This document shows, one piece after another, positions 30,601 to 38,206 of a DNA stretch of 64,000 nt. Below the pieces are notes generated by a model that was not told where the DNA came from, made no database searches, and worked only from the letters and a program-made list of their open reading frames with translations. Position numbers and translations under genes: made by a program. Source of the stretch: an uncultured Fidelibacterota bacterium (lineage in GTDB: Bacteria > Fidelibacterota > Marinisomatia > Marinisomatales > Marinisomataceae); contig CACHCR010000001.1 in the NCBI GenBank assembly GCA_902578385.1, positions 62,320-126,319 of the forward strand, given 5' to 3'. Each line of letters starts with the position of its first letter. The first letter of the stretch is position 1.

Positions 30601-30904
30601 ATGGCCAAATCCATACTATGGATATAATCCTGAAGAAAGAGACGCTCTAGATAGAAGAGTTATGTTCAGTCACCTTCCAACAGAAGGTCCTGCAACAATT
30701 AGAATCTTCGCTCTAGACGGTACTCTAGTAAGAACTATTAAGCACAACGATGCAGGTTCACAGCATACATACTGGGATATGAAGAACAACTTCGAACTTC
30801 CAGTTGCTAGTGGAATGTACGTAGCACACGTAGAGACTAACAGAGGAGATAAAATCCTCAAGTTAGCTGTAATTCAACCAGAACAACGTCTCGACGTTTA
30901 CTAG
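27641..30904 (+). CDS. Large secreted/cell-surface protein with a T9SS type-A C-terminal sorting domain; function unknown
   Basis: 1087 aa. Signal peptide MKILKNITVFTLVMLLSVSTVLEA. The C-terminal ~90 aa fit the T9SS CTD pattern (ITVWPNPYYG...ATIRIFALDGTLVRTI...HTYWDMKNNFELPVASGMYVAHVET...KLAVIQ). An FN3-like segment lies at ~29020..29440 (PPSPNVTA..IILVWDD..FEGYNVYQYE..YYYAVTAYG). I found no HExxH, GxSxG-in-context or other catalytic signature. Confidence 0.75.
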   Translation: MKILKNITVFTLVMLLSVSTVLEARDKNVSNFSSSTSNYVDSVGTFDGNKIYADVANNGLFLDYHVSGDSALEWPKGTGVHSIFQSALWMGATVNGSIRTIVGDYTQDMGPGPWGGDPLAAVHRIYKVEKSMLASPLDFADFQEWPVDFGAPWVDVDGDGVYSPLPGGPDHPEFLGDQVLWFVSNDGDPAYKLNFGTSPLNVEIQTTMFGFDRPDVFGDMVFLKQLVINYGSDDLVDTYMGLWSDPDLGYAGDDFVGCDVDLGMGYVWNDGADSQYGTLDIGTPAAGYDFFQGPMVPCEDGDSEAVCPAEGAKMFGTRHPGMKNLKMSSFAFYINGDATYTDPSDETEGYFYLQGLRKDGSAYPAEIAGDLYDQKFCFYGDPNDAAGHSTANPVDGNYAASADRRFLMSVGPFTMAAGDSQEVVFGIFHAAGGDALSSVAYLKEVDALAQTAYDIDFALPDSPPSPNVTASAFADQIILVWDDTAEDYVATSEVDLDAAGNPTNFVFEGYNVYQYETASGAGAKKRLATYDVVNGVTEIYDTVFNAELGENISIRTQFGSDSGLAQFHAISTDGLSGNSKLITNRAYYYAVTAYGYNADGIPKTLESSPVYLTVRPEVPNTMSAGEATASAGDVVSAAHDGPSQGSVDMIVVDPSQLTGDDYSVTFDDAMPDGTVAVNWTLTNVTDGNVLVANNPVVGGVNTATGLEVGPGGTPVVEGFQVQVNGPQEDLLSVSEWDHGWKENGVLRDPAVSYVPWASLGRTGYIIENRAGLHYSAPYNRDFDRFNYWESDDVELDFSTPSLGWDYIYEWVNSYVPFSTYRHNFATGQKEQIYSGYWDYDRNLDYEGSFANGDWAGPIYGAPAWEPIYAFVGHIASPYDPALEAQYIADDDLITSGGCGWAYVCDNYTTSGATITYPYMTATLFTDYLGSNVLPTQAGHAAWGSGYSTASSVVWEMSKPNSSADTFTFSTAGLEMVSNDYDPDRITVWPNPYYGYNPEERDALDRRVMFSHLPTEGPATIRIFALDGTLVRTIKHNDAGSQHTYWDMKNNFELPVASGMYVAHVETNRGDKILKLAVIQPEQRLDVY

Positions 30905-30916
30905 GATAAGGAGAAT

Positions 30917-31972
30917 ATGAAAATGAAAAATACATTTAAAATCTTCCTTGGATGCGCAGTGTTAGTTTCAGCTTTAACCGCTGGTACAGTGAGATCACAA
31001 GGTACTGCTGGTGCCTCACAGCTTCTAATTCCAGTCGGTACTGAAACAGTCGCACTTAGCGGAACAAACGTTGGTACGGTAGCTGGAGTAGATGCATTAT
31101 TTACTAATGTAGCTGGTTTAGCTAGACACAACTCTGGGTTACAAGGAACAGTTTCAACCACCTCATACATTGCCGATATTGACGTAATGTATGCAGGAAT
31201 GGTTGTAGCAATGGGAGAAACAGGTACTTTTGGTATGACAATTAAATCTCTTGATTTCGGAGACATTCCAAAAACTACTGCTTTCGCACCTGAAGGTGAC
31301 GGACAGACATTCTCCCCAAGTTTCTTCACAGCAACCGCAGGATTTGCTAGAGCATTTTCTGATCGTGTTAATGTAGGTTTCGCAGGAAAATTAGTTTCCG
31401 AAACTATTGAAGAAACATCTGCTACAGGTATGGCATTGGATGTTGGAGTACAATATCGTTTTCCAAACCAACCATTAACATTTGGTGTAGCAATGAAAAA
31501 TGTTGGAAGTAGAATGCACTATGATGGTATTAACTTAGATCAGGACATGGTTCCTTCAGATTCTGAGTCGGGATCATCATCAGAGACATTTAGAATAATT
31601 GCTGATAACTTTGCGTTACCAACAAGTCTAGATCTTTCTGCAACTTACTCTTTATTAAACAATTTAGATGTAAGCGCAACTTTCACTAATCACTCATACC
31701 AGGCTAACACAATGGCTCTTGGAGCTAAATATGTGTTAGGTTCATCATGGTTTGGTGCAGCAACTACAATGACTATTGGGGATGAAGAAAAACCAACTGG
31801 TCTTTCAGATGCTGACTGGGATGAATGGAGTGGTACATTCTGGGGCCTATCAATGGGTGCTGGAGTTACTATTCCTGTAGGTGATTACATGATGCATGTT
31901 TCATACGCTATGAGAACTGCTAATGAGTACTTTGATGATCACAGTACTATGCAGGTCACATTTGATTTCTAA
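30917..31972 (+). CDS. PorV/PorQ-family outer-membrane beta-barrel protein
   Basis: 351 aa. Signal peptide, then GTAGASQLLIPVGTETVALSGTNVGTVAGVDALFTNVAGLA. This fits the PorV/UPF0164 N-terminal pattern (G-x-x-G-A-x-F-L-x-I-x-x-G-A-R-x-x-A-M-G-G-A...D-x-x-A-x-x-x-N-P-A-G-L-A, from memory). Alternating beta-strand pattern; ends in ...VTFDF. SD AAGGAG. Confidence 0.65.
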   Translation: MKMKNTFKIFLGCAVLVSALTAGTVRSQGTAGASQLLIPVGTETVALSGTNVGTVAGVDALFTNVAGLARHNSGLQGTVSTTSYIADIDVMYAGMVVAMGETGTFGMTIKSLDFGDIPKTTAFAPEGDGQTFSPSFFTATAGFARAFSDRVNVGFAGKLVSETIEETSATGMALDVGVQYRFPNQPLTFGVAMKNVGSRMHYDGINLDQDMVPSDSESGSSSETFRIIADNFALPTSLDLSATYSLLNNLDVSATFTNHSYQANTMALGAKYVLGSSWFGAATTMTIGDEEKPTGLSDADWDEWSGTFWGLSMGAGVTIPVGDYMMHVSYAMRTANEYFDDHSTMQVTFDF

Positions 31973-32006
31973 AGCTGTTCATATAGTTTAGAAAATGAAA
32001 TAAGTT

Positions 32007-32030
32007 AAAGGGCTCAGAAATGAGCCCTTT
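32007..32030. terminator. Bidirectional intrinsic terminator between convergent PorV-like and M23 genes (AAAGGGCTCA-GAAA-TGAGCCCTTT)
   Basis: A 10-bp perfect stem with a GAAA loop, and the T-run continues as TTTTT (32028..32032). Read directly. Confidence 0.65.
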
Positions 32031-32034
32031 TTCG

Positions 32035-32802
32035 TTACTGTTCAAATAATAAATCGATATTATTTTTTAGTAACTCAGTGGGAATATTTTGTCCTATAAA
32101 ATATCTCCCCTTAGAATCGTCAAAAAATATTTCCCAATGTAAGTGTGCCCCTTTTTTATTTTGAAGCGCACCTGAAGAAGTGCCAGTATTGCCTGAAAAA
32201 CCAATTACATCCCCTTGTGCTACCACAGAGCCAGCTATTATATCATCTGGAATGGATGAAAGGTGAGAATAGACCGTAATTGTTCTAAATTTTGTTGTTA
32301 AGCTATATCCGTGATCAATGACAACAGACTTACCCAATAATATAAAATTATATATATCTTCCGGAGTTTTACCAACTTTTGCTGATATTTCTAAAAAGGA
32401 ATTGTAGGTATCTATATCAACGTCTTTTTGGTAACCGTTACTTCTTACTATAACCCCATCATAAACAGCCCTTATTGGATGATTGAATGGGGCAGAAAAG
32501 TCTACACCCACATGATGACCTGACCTATACTCCCTTTTTGCGTTTGGCAACAGATTTAGATACTCAGGCACTACATATCCTTCTGCAGGAAGAATTAACT
32601 TATCTTTTAAATCATCTACATGTAGATAAGTTTGTTCATTTTGATAGAAGATATATCCATCTTTATCCTTTTTTTCATTTAAAAGGTCATAGCTAGATGT
32701 TGGAGCTGCACAAGCGCCTATAAACACAATACTTGCTATATATAAATGTTTAATCTTCATTTTTTTCAACCACATAAGTAGAGTTTTTATATACAAAACC
32801 AA
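32035..32802 (-). CDS. M23-family (LytM-type) metallopeptidase, probable lipoprotein
   Basis: Contains HHVGVDF and GAHLHWEI (the H-x-x-x-D and H-x-H M23 motifs). The likely true start is the ATG at 32760 (MKIKHLYIASIVFIGAC, lipobox). Confidence 0.85.
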   Translation of the reverse strand: MVLYIKTLLMWLKKMKIKHLYIASIVFIGACAAPTSSYDLLNEKKDKDGYIFYQNEQTYLHVDDLKDKLILPAEGYVVPEYLNLLPNAKREYRSGHHVGVDFSAPFNHPIRAVYDGVIVRSNGYQKDVDIDTYNSFLEISAKVGKTPEDIYNFILLGKSVVIDHGYSLTTKFRTITVYSHLSSIPDDIIAGSVVAQGDVIGFSGNTGTSSGALQNKKGAHLHWEIFFDDSKGRYFIGQNIPTELLKNNIDLLFEQ

Positions 32803-33295
32803 CCTTACAAATACTTTTATTCAAGTCCGTCCAAATCATTATAACATCACTATCTAAAATTACACTATTTATTTTATTATCTACATAACCTTTATCTATT
32901 TGCTTAATATCTAGTCTATAAAGCCTTAAATCTTCCACCTCTTTGCTAAAAAGATAGCGTACAGCAACCTTTTCTCCATCAAGCAAGGTAAAATCATAAA
33001 GCCACTCATCTTCTTTTGTAATGGATTGAAAAGATAGTATTGATGTAAACAGGTTGTTAGGAATAAAGCTTTGATTTTCATATTCAATACTTTCATTTAA
33101 CAAAATTTCTCCAAACCAATCAGAGGCTGATATTTCAATAATATCATCTTCAATTTCGATGTCTATAACGTCTTGAAATACAAACAACCTTAGATCTTCA
33201 TTTATCCAATATTCAAACGAAACCGAAGACTCAATTTTATTGTTTGCTAATAATTGGCAAAAAAGAAAAGCAAAAATGTATACGATTCTTATCAA
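32750..33295 (-). CDS. Hypothetical secreted protein
   Basis: 181 aa with signal-peptide-like MIRIVYIFAFLFCQLLA and an acidic body. No family recognised. It is translationally coupled to mgtE (upstream) and the M23 gene (downstream). Confidence 0.4.
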   Translation of the reverse strand: MIRIVYIFAFLFCQLLANNKIESSVSFEYWINEDLRLFVFQDVIDIEIEDDIIEISASDWFGEILLNESIEYENQSFIPNNLFTSILSFQSITKEDEWLYDFTLLDGEKVAVRYLFSKEVEDLRLYRLDIKQIDKGYVDNKINSVILDSDVIMIWTDLNKSICKVGFVYKNSTYVVEKNED

Positions 33296-34662
33296 TTTAT
33301 TAAAATTGTTGATGCTATAACGAAGTATAATGCTACTCCTATTATATCAATTGCTGTTGTTACAAACGGTCCTGTCGATATCGCAGGATCAAAACCAAGT
33401 TTTTTTAAAACAATTGGAACGCTTGCTCCCACTGCTGTGGCAATAGTCATTGAACAAAATATACTTAAACCTATTACAAGGCCTAAATTAGACATATCGA
33501 TTCCTGTAATATATTCTGCAGTAAATCCAACAACCAAACCATAAGCAACCCCTAAAATACTTCCAACAAGAAGCTCTTTTAAAATAAGAGGAAATGTATT
33601 GGCTGCATCTACTCTTCCAGTCGCTAACCCCCGCACAACAATAGTAGAAGATTGTGTGCCTACATTGCCACCAACACCAATGATTACGGGAATAAAAGCG
33701 GCCAAAACAATGATTTGTTCTAGTAATGAGTTGAAGTAGCTTATTATACCAGCGGCGCAAATACCGCCTATTAGGCTTGCAAGTATCCAAGGAGCCCTAG
33801 ATTGTGCATTTTCAATAGGAGATTTAAGTAAAATTTCTCTATCTTTTCCAACACCAGCCATTTGTAAGAAATCTTCAGAAGCTTCCTCCCTAATAATGTC
33901 AACAACGTCATCAATAGTAACAATTCCTAAAAATTTATTTTGTCTATTAACAACAGGAAGAGCAAGATAGTTATATTGCGCAACTTTTTTTGCAACCTCT
34001 TCTTGATCGGTGCTTGTTGAAGCAGCTTGAATATCTTTAATCATTATTTCTTTCAATTTTTTAGAGTTCTTTGAGGTAACTAGAGTTCTTAACGAAACAA
34101 CACCAACTAATTTTTCTTTATTATCTAAAACATAAAGATAAAAAATCTTATCGTTTTCAGGGAAAGACTGAAGTTTTTTAATACTTTCTTTAACAGTGGT
34201 GTTTTGATTTAATGTAAATGTTTCTTTTGTCATAACACTACCTGCACTGTCGTCAGGATAAGACATTATTTCTTCAACATCATCCTTATCATCTACTTCA
34301 ATTTTGGTCAAAATTTCTTGTTGCTTACTTTCTGGAAACATTCCAATAATGGTCGCCTGATCGTTTGTATCAAGATACCTAAATATTTTTGAAATACTTT
34401 TTTCACTTTCATGCTCAAGCACTTTTTCAATCAATGAATCATCTAATTCTTCTAAAAGCCTTGCTTTATGAAGAGAGGTAGGACACAAGCTAAAAATCTT
34501 TTTTTGATCATACTGACTTAAGCTCCTCATTATTAGCGCTACATCTGCTTGGTGAGTTTTACGCAATATTTTAGATATGTTGGTGTGAGCGCGTCTTCGT
34601 AATAGGCGTTGCATTGTGCTTCTGAGGAGTGAAATTTCTGTAGAAAATATAGCTTTTTTCAT
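33292..34662 (-). CDS. mgtE: Magnesium transporter MgtE
   Basis: 456 aa. MgtE N-domain, tandem CBS (PVVNRQNKFLGIVTIDDVVDIIREEASEDF), and a 5-TM C-terminal domain. Confidence 0.9.
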   Translation of the reverse strand: MKKAIFSTEISLLRSTMQRLLRRRAHTNISKILRKTHQADVALIMRSLSQYDQKKIFSLCPTSLHKARLLEELDDSLIEKVLEHESEKSISKIFRYLDTNDQATIIGMFPESKQQEILTKIEVDDKDDVEEIMSYPDDSAGSVMTKETFTLNQNTTVKESIKKLQSFPENDKIFYLYVLDNKEKLVGVVSLRTLVTSKNSKKLKEIMIKDIQAASTSTDQEEVAKKVAQYNYLALPVVNRQNKFLGIVTIDDVVDIIREEASEDFLQMAGVGKDREILLKSPIENAQSRAPWILASLIGGICAAGIISYFNSLLEQIIVLAAFIPVIIGVGGNVGTQSSTIVVRGLATGRVDAANTFPLILKELLVGSILGVAYGLVVGFTAEYITGIDMSNLGLVIGLSIFCSMTIATAVGASVPIVLKKLGFDPAISTGPFVTTAIDIIGVALYFVIASTILIN

Positions 34663-34718
34663 TGTATTGGATTTTCTATAAATTAACTCTACTTTATAAC
34701 ATATTAAAGCGATAGTAA

Positions 34719-36179
34719 ATGGCCAAAATTACAAAACAAAGTGAAAATTTTTCTAAATGGTACACAGATGTTATACTTGATGCTGATTTAGCTGATTATG
34801 GACCAGTGAAAGGAACGATGGTTGTTAAACCATATGGCTTTTCCTTGTGGACAAATATTAGAAATAGTTTAAATCAAATGATTATTGACAGTGGACATGA
34901 AAATGCATACTTCCCTCTTTTTATTCCAAAAAGTTTTTTAGAAAAAGAAGCAAAACATGTTGAGGGATTTGCTAAAGAATGTGCCGTAGTTACGCATTCA
35001 AAGCTTATATCAGAAGATGGATCCTTAACAGTAGACCCAGACTCTAGGTTAGAAGAAGAAATAATTGTAAGACCGACTTCAGAAACAATTATTTGGCATA
35101 TGTTCAAAAAATGGATTACATCTTATAGAGACCTTCCCTTAAAGGTTAACCAGTGGGCAAATGTTGTTCGCTGGGAAATGAGAACCAGGTTATTTCTAAG
35201 GACTTCTGAGTTTTTGTGGCAAGAAGGACACACAGCTCATGCCACAAAAGAAGAAGCAATGGAAGAAACACTATTAATTGTTGATATCTATCGCAAATTA
35301 TTTGAGGAACACCTTGCTATTCCAACGATGATTGGAAGAAAATCTAATCTTGAAAGGTTTGCTGGCGCAGATGAAACTTTTTCAATCGAAACTATGATGA
35401 GAGATAAAAAAGCTTTACAAGCTGGGACTTCTCACTACCTAGGAACAAACTTTGGCTCGGCATTTGATGTAAAATTTCAAAGCAAGGATAACAAAGAGCT
35501 TCCAGTTTATGCCACAAGCTGGGGAGTTAGTACAAGGATGGTAGGCGCATTAATAATGGTTCATGGGGATGACAAAGGATTAAAAATTCCACCAAAAATT
35601 GCTCCAACTCAAGTTGTTATTATTCCAATAAACCCCAAAAATCAAAAACAAGAAGAATTCACTAGCTTTGTTGATAGGGTTAACCAGGGTCTTGTTGGTC
35701 AAAATGTTAGAACTTTTATTGATGATAATAATGAAAGCCCAGGATTTAAATTTAATAAGTGGGAGCTTAAAGGAGTGCCTATAAGAATTGAAATAGGATT
35801 AAAAGAGTTTGAAAATATGGAAGTCACTGTTTGTAGAAGAGATAATTCAGAAAAACAACAAGTTCCAATCGACAAAATTGATGAAATACCTATTATTTTA
35901 CAAAACATTCAAGACAGTCTTTTTAATGACGCAAAAACTTTTATGGATGATAATACATGCACAGTAAACACTTTTGCTGATTTTACAGAAACCTTATCTA
36001 ATGACAACCAATTTATCAAAGCATATTGGGACGGGACAGATGACACTGAACTTCAAATAAAAGAAAAAACCAAAGCAACAATTCGTTGTATATTAGAAGA
36101 TAACGAAGATTCGTCTAATAAGTGTATTTTCTCAGGGCAGACGGCAAAGCATTTGGTAGTTTTTGCTAAGGCTTACTAG
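34719..36179 (+). CDS. proS: Prolyl-tRNA synthetase, archaeal/eukaryote-like type (no INS editing domain)
   Basis: 486 aa class II aaRS. It starts with the FSKWYTDV pattern, has a C-terminal extension, and ends in Tyr (..FAKAY), as in archaeal-type ProRS. Confidence 0.9.
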   Translation: MAKITKQSENFSKWYTDVILDADLADYGPVKGTMVVKPYGFSLWTNIRNSLNQMIIDSGHENAYFPLFIPKSFLEKEAKHVEGFAKECAVVTHSKLISEDGSLTVDPDSRLEEEIIVRPTSETIIWHMFKKWITSYRDLPLKVNQWANVVRWEMRTRLFLRTSEFLWQEGHTAHATKEEAMEETLLIVDIYRKLFEEHLAIPTMIGRKSNLERFAGADETFSIETMMRDKKALQAGTSHYLGTNFGSAFDVKFQSKDNKELPVYATSWGVSTRMVGALIMVHGDDKGLKIPPKIAPTQVVIIPINPKNQKQEEFTSFVDRVNQGLVGQNVRTFIDDNNESPGFKFNKWELKGVPIRIEIGLKEFENMEVTVCRRDNSEKQQVPIDKIDEIPIILQNIQDSLFNDAKTFMDDNTCTVNTFADFTETLSNDNQFIKAYWDGTDDTELQIKEKTKATIRCILEDNEDSSNKCIFSGQTAKHLVVFAKAY

Positions 36180-37248
36180 TGAAGTGAAAAACATTATTAA
36201 TATTTCAAACTCAATTTTAATTCTACTTACCGTTATCATAATCTATTTCTTAGTGTGGCCAGTCCCAGTAGAGCCAAACTCATGGGAAAGCCCGAGGGAC
36301 ACTAGAGCAGATTCTTTATACTCCTTGAATCAAAAATTAAAAGACATAAAGATATTTTGGACCAATGATGGATACAGCGGTCCGGAAGATATTGTCCTAA
36401 AAAATGGTAAAATTTATGTAGGCTATGATAATGGCATAATAATGAGTAGTGACGGCATTTTTTCTAATACAGAAGGCAGGCCACTTGGGATGGCTTTTGA
36501 TTTAGAAGACAACTTAATCGTTGCAGATGCCATTCAAGGCCTTCTTTTAATAGATATGAGTGGTACAGTTAGTACTTTGTCAATTAAATCAGACTCAGAC
36601 AATATTCCGTTTAAGTTTGTAGATGATTTAGACATCGCAAGCGACGGTAAAATTTATTTTTCAGATGCATCAAGTAAGTATGGGTATGGCAGTGATAGAT
36701 TAGAGCTTTTTGAGCATTCCTCCAATGGAAGATTATTGGTCTATGATCCAGCCACCAAAACAACAACAACCCTATTAAAAGACTTATACTTTGCAAACGG
36801 AGTAGCGCTTAGTAGCGATGAGTCCTTTGTTTTAGTCAATGAAACATTTATGTATAGAATACAAAAATATTGGTTAAAAGGAGATAAAGCCGGAACCTCA
36901 GAAATTTTTATAGAAAACTTACCCGGTTTTCCTGATAATGTATCTTCAAACGAAGAAGGTATTTTTTGGGTTGCGCTATTTAACCCAAGAAACAATTTTG
37001 TTGAAATGTCATCGAATAAACCATTTTTAAGGAAAATGGTTTTAAGGCTTCCAGAATCATTACAGCCGCAACCACTTAATCATTCTTATGTTCTTGGCAT
37101 AGATGAAGGCGGTAAAGTAGTCCATAACCTACAATATAAAGCAGAAGAGGCCTACTCTCCAATTACGAGTGTTAAGCAATATGAAAGCGATTTATATTTT
37201 GGAAGCTTAACACATACAGGTTGGGGTAAAATAGAAGCCCCGAAATGA
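36163..37248 (+). CDS. Strictosidine-synthase-like / APMAP-like six-bladed beta-propeller protein with N-terminal membrane anchor
   Basis: 361 aa. Contains GRLLVYDPATKTTTTLLKDLYFANGVALSSDESFVLVNETFMYRIQKYWLKGDKAG..LPGFPDN, which is the Str_synth family pattern. TTG start overlaps the proS end by 17 nt. Confidence 0.6.
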   Translation: MLRLTSEVKNIINISNSILILLTVIIIYFLVWPVPVEPNSWESPRDTRADSLYSLNQKLKDIKIFWTNDGYSGPEDIVLKNGKIYVGYDNGIIMSSDGIFSNTEGRPLGMAFDLEDNLIVADAIQGLLLIDMSGTVSTLSIKSDSDNIPFKFVDDLDIASDGKIYFSDASSKYGYGSDRLELFEHSSNGRLLVYDPATKTTTTLLKDLYFANGVALSSDESFVLVNETFMYRIQKYWLKGDKAGTSEIFIENLPGFPDNVSSNEEGIFWVALFNPRNNFVEMSSNKPFLRKMVLRLPESLQPQPLNHSYVLGIDEGGKVVHNLQYKAEEAYSPITSVKQYESDLYFGSLTHTGWGKIEAPK

Positions 37249-37919
37249 AAATAAAAACCCACGCATTTGTACTAAAGACAACAATCTTCAAGGAGTCAAG
37301 TTTAATAATTAGGCTTTTTACGCGAGAAAAAGGTAAGTCCACATATATTGTAAAAGCAGCAATGAGACAAAAATCTCCTAATAAGGCGATATATCAACAA
37401 CTAAATGAAGTACAAATTGATTACTCGCACTATCCAAAAAGACAAATTCACCCGGTTTACAGCGCCAAACTCTTAAATGATTGGCCAGATATATGTTCCG
37501 ATCTTAAAAAAACGGTATTATGTACATCCATGCTCGAAATAATTGACAAAACGTTTGATGAAGATATTCCTGACAAAGAAATCTATAAAGTTTTAAGCGC
37601 AGTTATGCACTATTTTAATAATCAGAATAAAAACTTAAACAATGCATTTTATTATTTCGTATTACACTTTCTTAAGAATAGTGGTTATGATATTTTAAAT
37701 GCAAAAAAACATCCAATAGTTGTAAGGTTTGAACAGAAAAATCAAAACCTGTTGAGCGACCTAAATAATATTTTTAATACAGATTTTTCTACACAAAATA
37801 AAATAATTAAAAACTTAGATTATGATAAAAAAATAATGACCCAATTTATGTCTGAGTTAGTTAGGTACCATTTTCCAGATGTAAAGTCATTTAAGGTAGC
37901 AAAAGATGTATTTAATTAA
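37245..37919 (+). CDS. recO: DNA repair protein RecO
   Basis: 224 aa. The N-terminal OB-fold pattern (AFVLKTTIFKESSLIIRLFTREKGK) is typical of RecO. It is a divergent homologue. Confidence 0.65.
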   Translation: MKIKTHAFVLKTTIFKESSLIIRLFTREKGKSTYIVKAAMRQKSPNKAIYQQLNEVQIDYSHYPKRQIHPVYSAKLLNDWPDICSDLKKTVLCTSMLEIIDKTFDEDIPDKEIYKVLSAVMHYFNNQNKNLNNAFYYFVLHFLKNSGYDILNAKKHPIVVRFEQKNQNLLSDLNNIFNTDFSTQNKIIKNLDYDKKIMTQFMSELVRYHFPDVKSFKVAKDVFN

Positions 37920-37921
37920 AT

Positions 37922-38206
37922 TTACTGCTCAGAAACTTTAAAAACTCTTTCACCGGGCTTAACCATCTTAAATTTTTCACGGGCAATTTTCTCAATATAC
38001 TTTTCATCAAATTTTAACTTTTCTTCTTCTTTTTCTAGAAGAGCAATTTGATTTCTTAAATTATTTATTTCATTTTGAATTTCTAGCTTCTCTTTTTTTA
38101 ATGACCATAGATTAATTAAACCTCTGTCACTAAACAGTATAAGAGATATACAGCCAACAATTATAGCTACCATTAGCATATTAGTTAGTGAGAAAATTGA
38201 TTTCAT
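37922..38206 (-). CDS. ftsB: Septum formation initiator (FtsB/DivIC family)
   Basis: 94 aa with an N-terminal TM helix followed by a coiled coil. It sits immediately downstream of eno, a common arrangement. Confidence 0.6.
   Translation of the reverse strand: MKSIFSLTNMLMVAIIVGCISLILFSDRGLINLWSLKKEKLEIQNEINNLRNQIALLEKEEEKLKFDEKYIEKIAREKFKMVKPGERVFKVSEQ

Noticed and set aside
30901-31329. 142-aa ORF antisense to the PorV-like gene
   Set aside because: It lies entirely within a well-supported plus-strand gene and has a low-complexity Pro/Thr/Val-rich translation typical of a shadow frame. It has no SD and no recognisable family.
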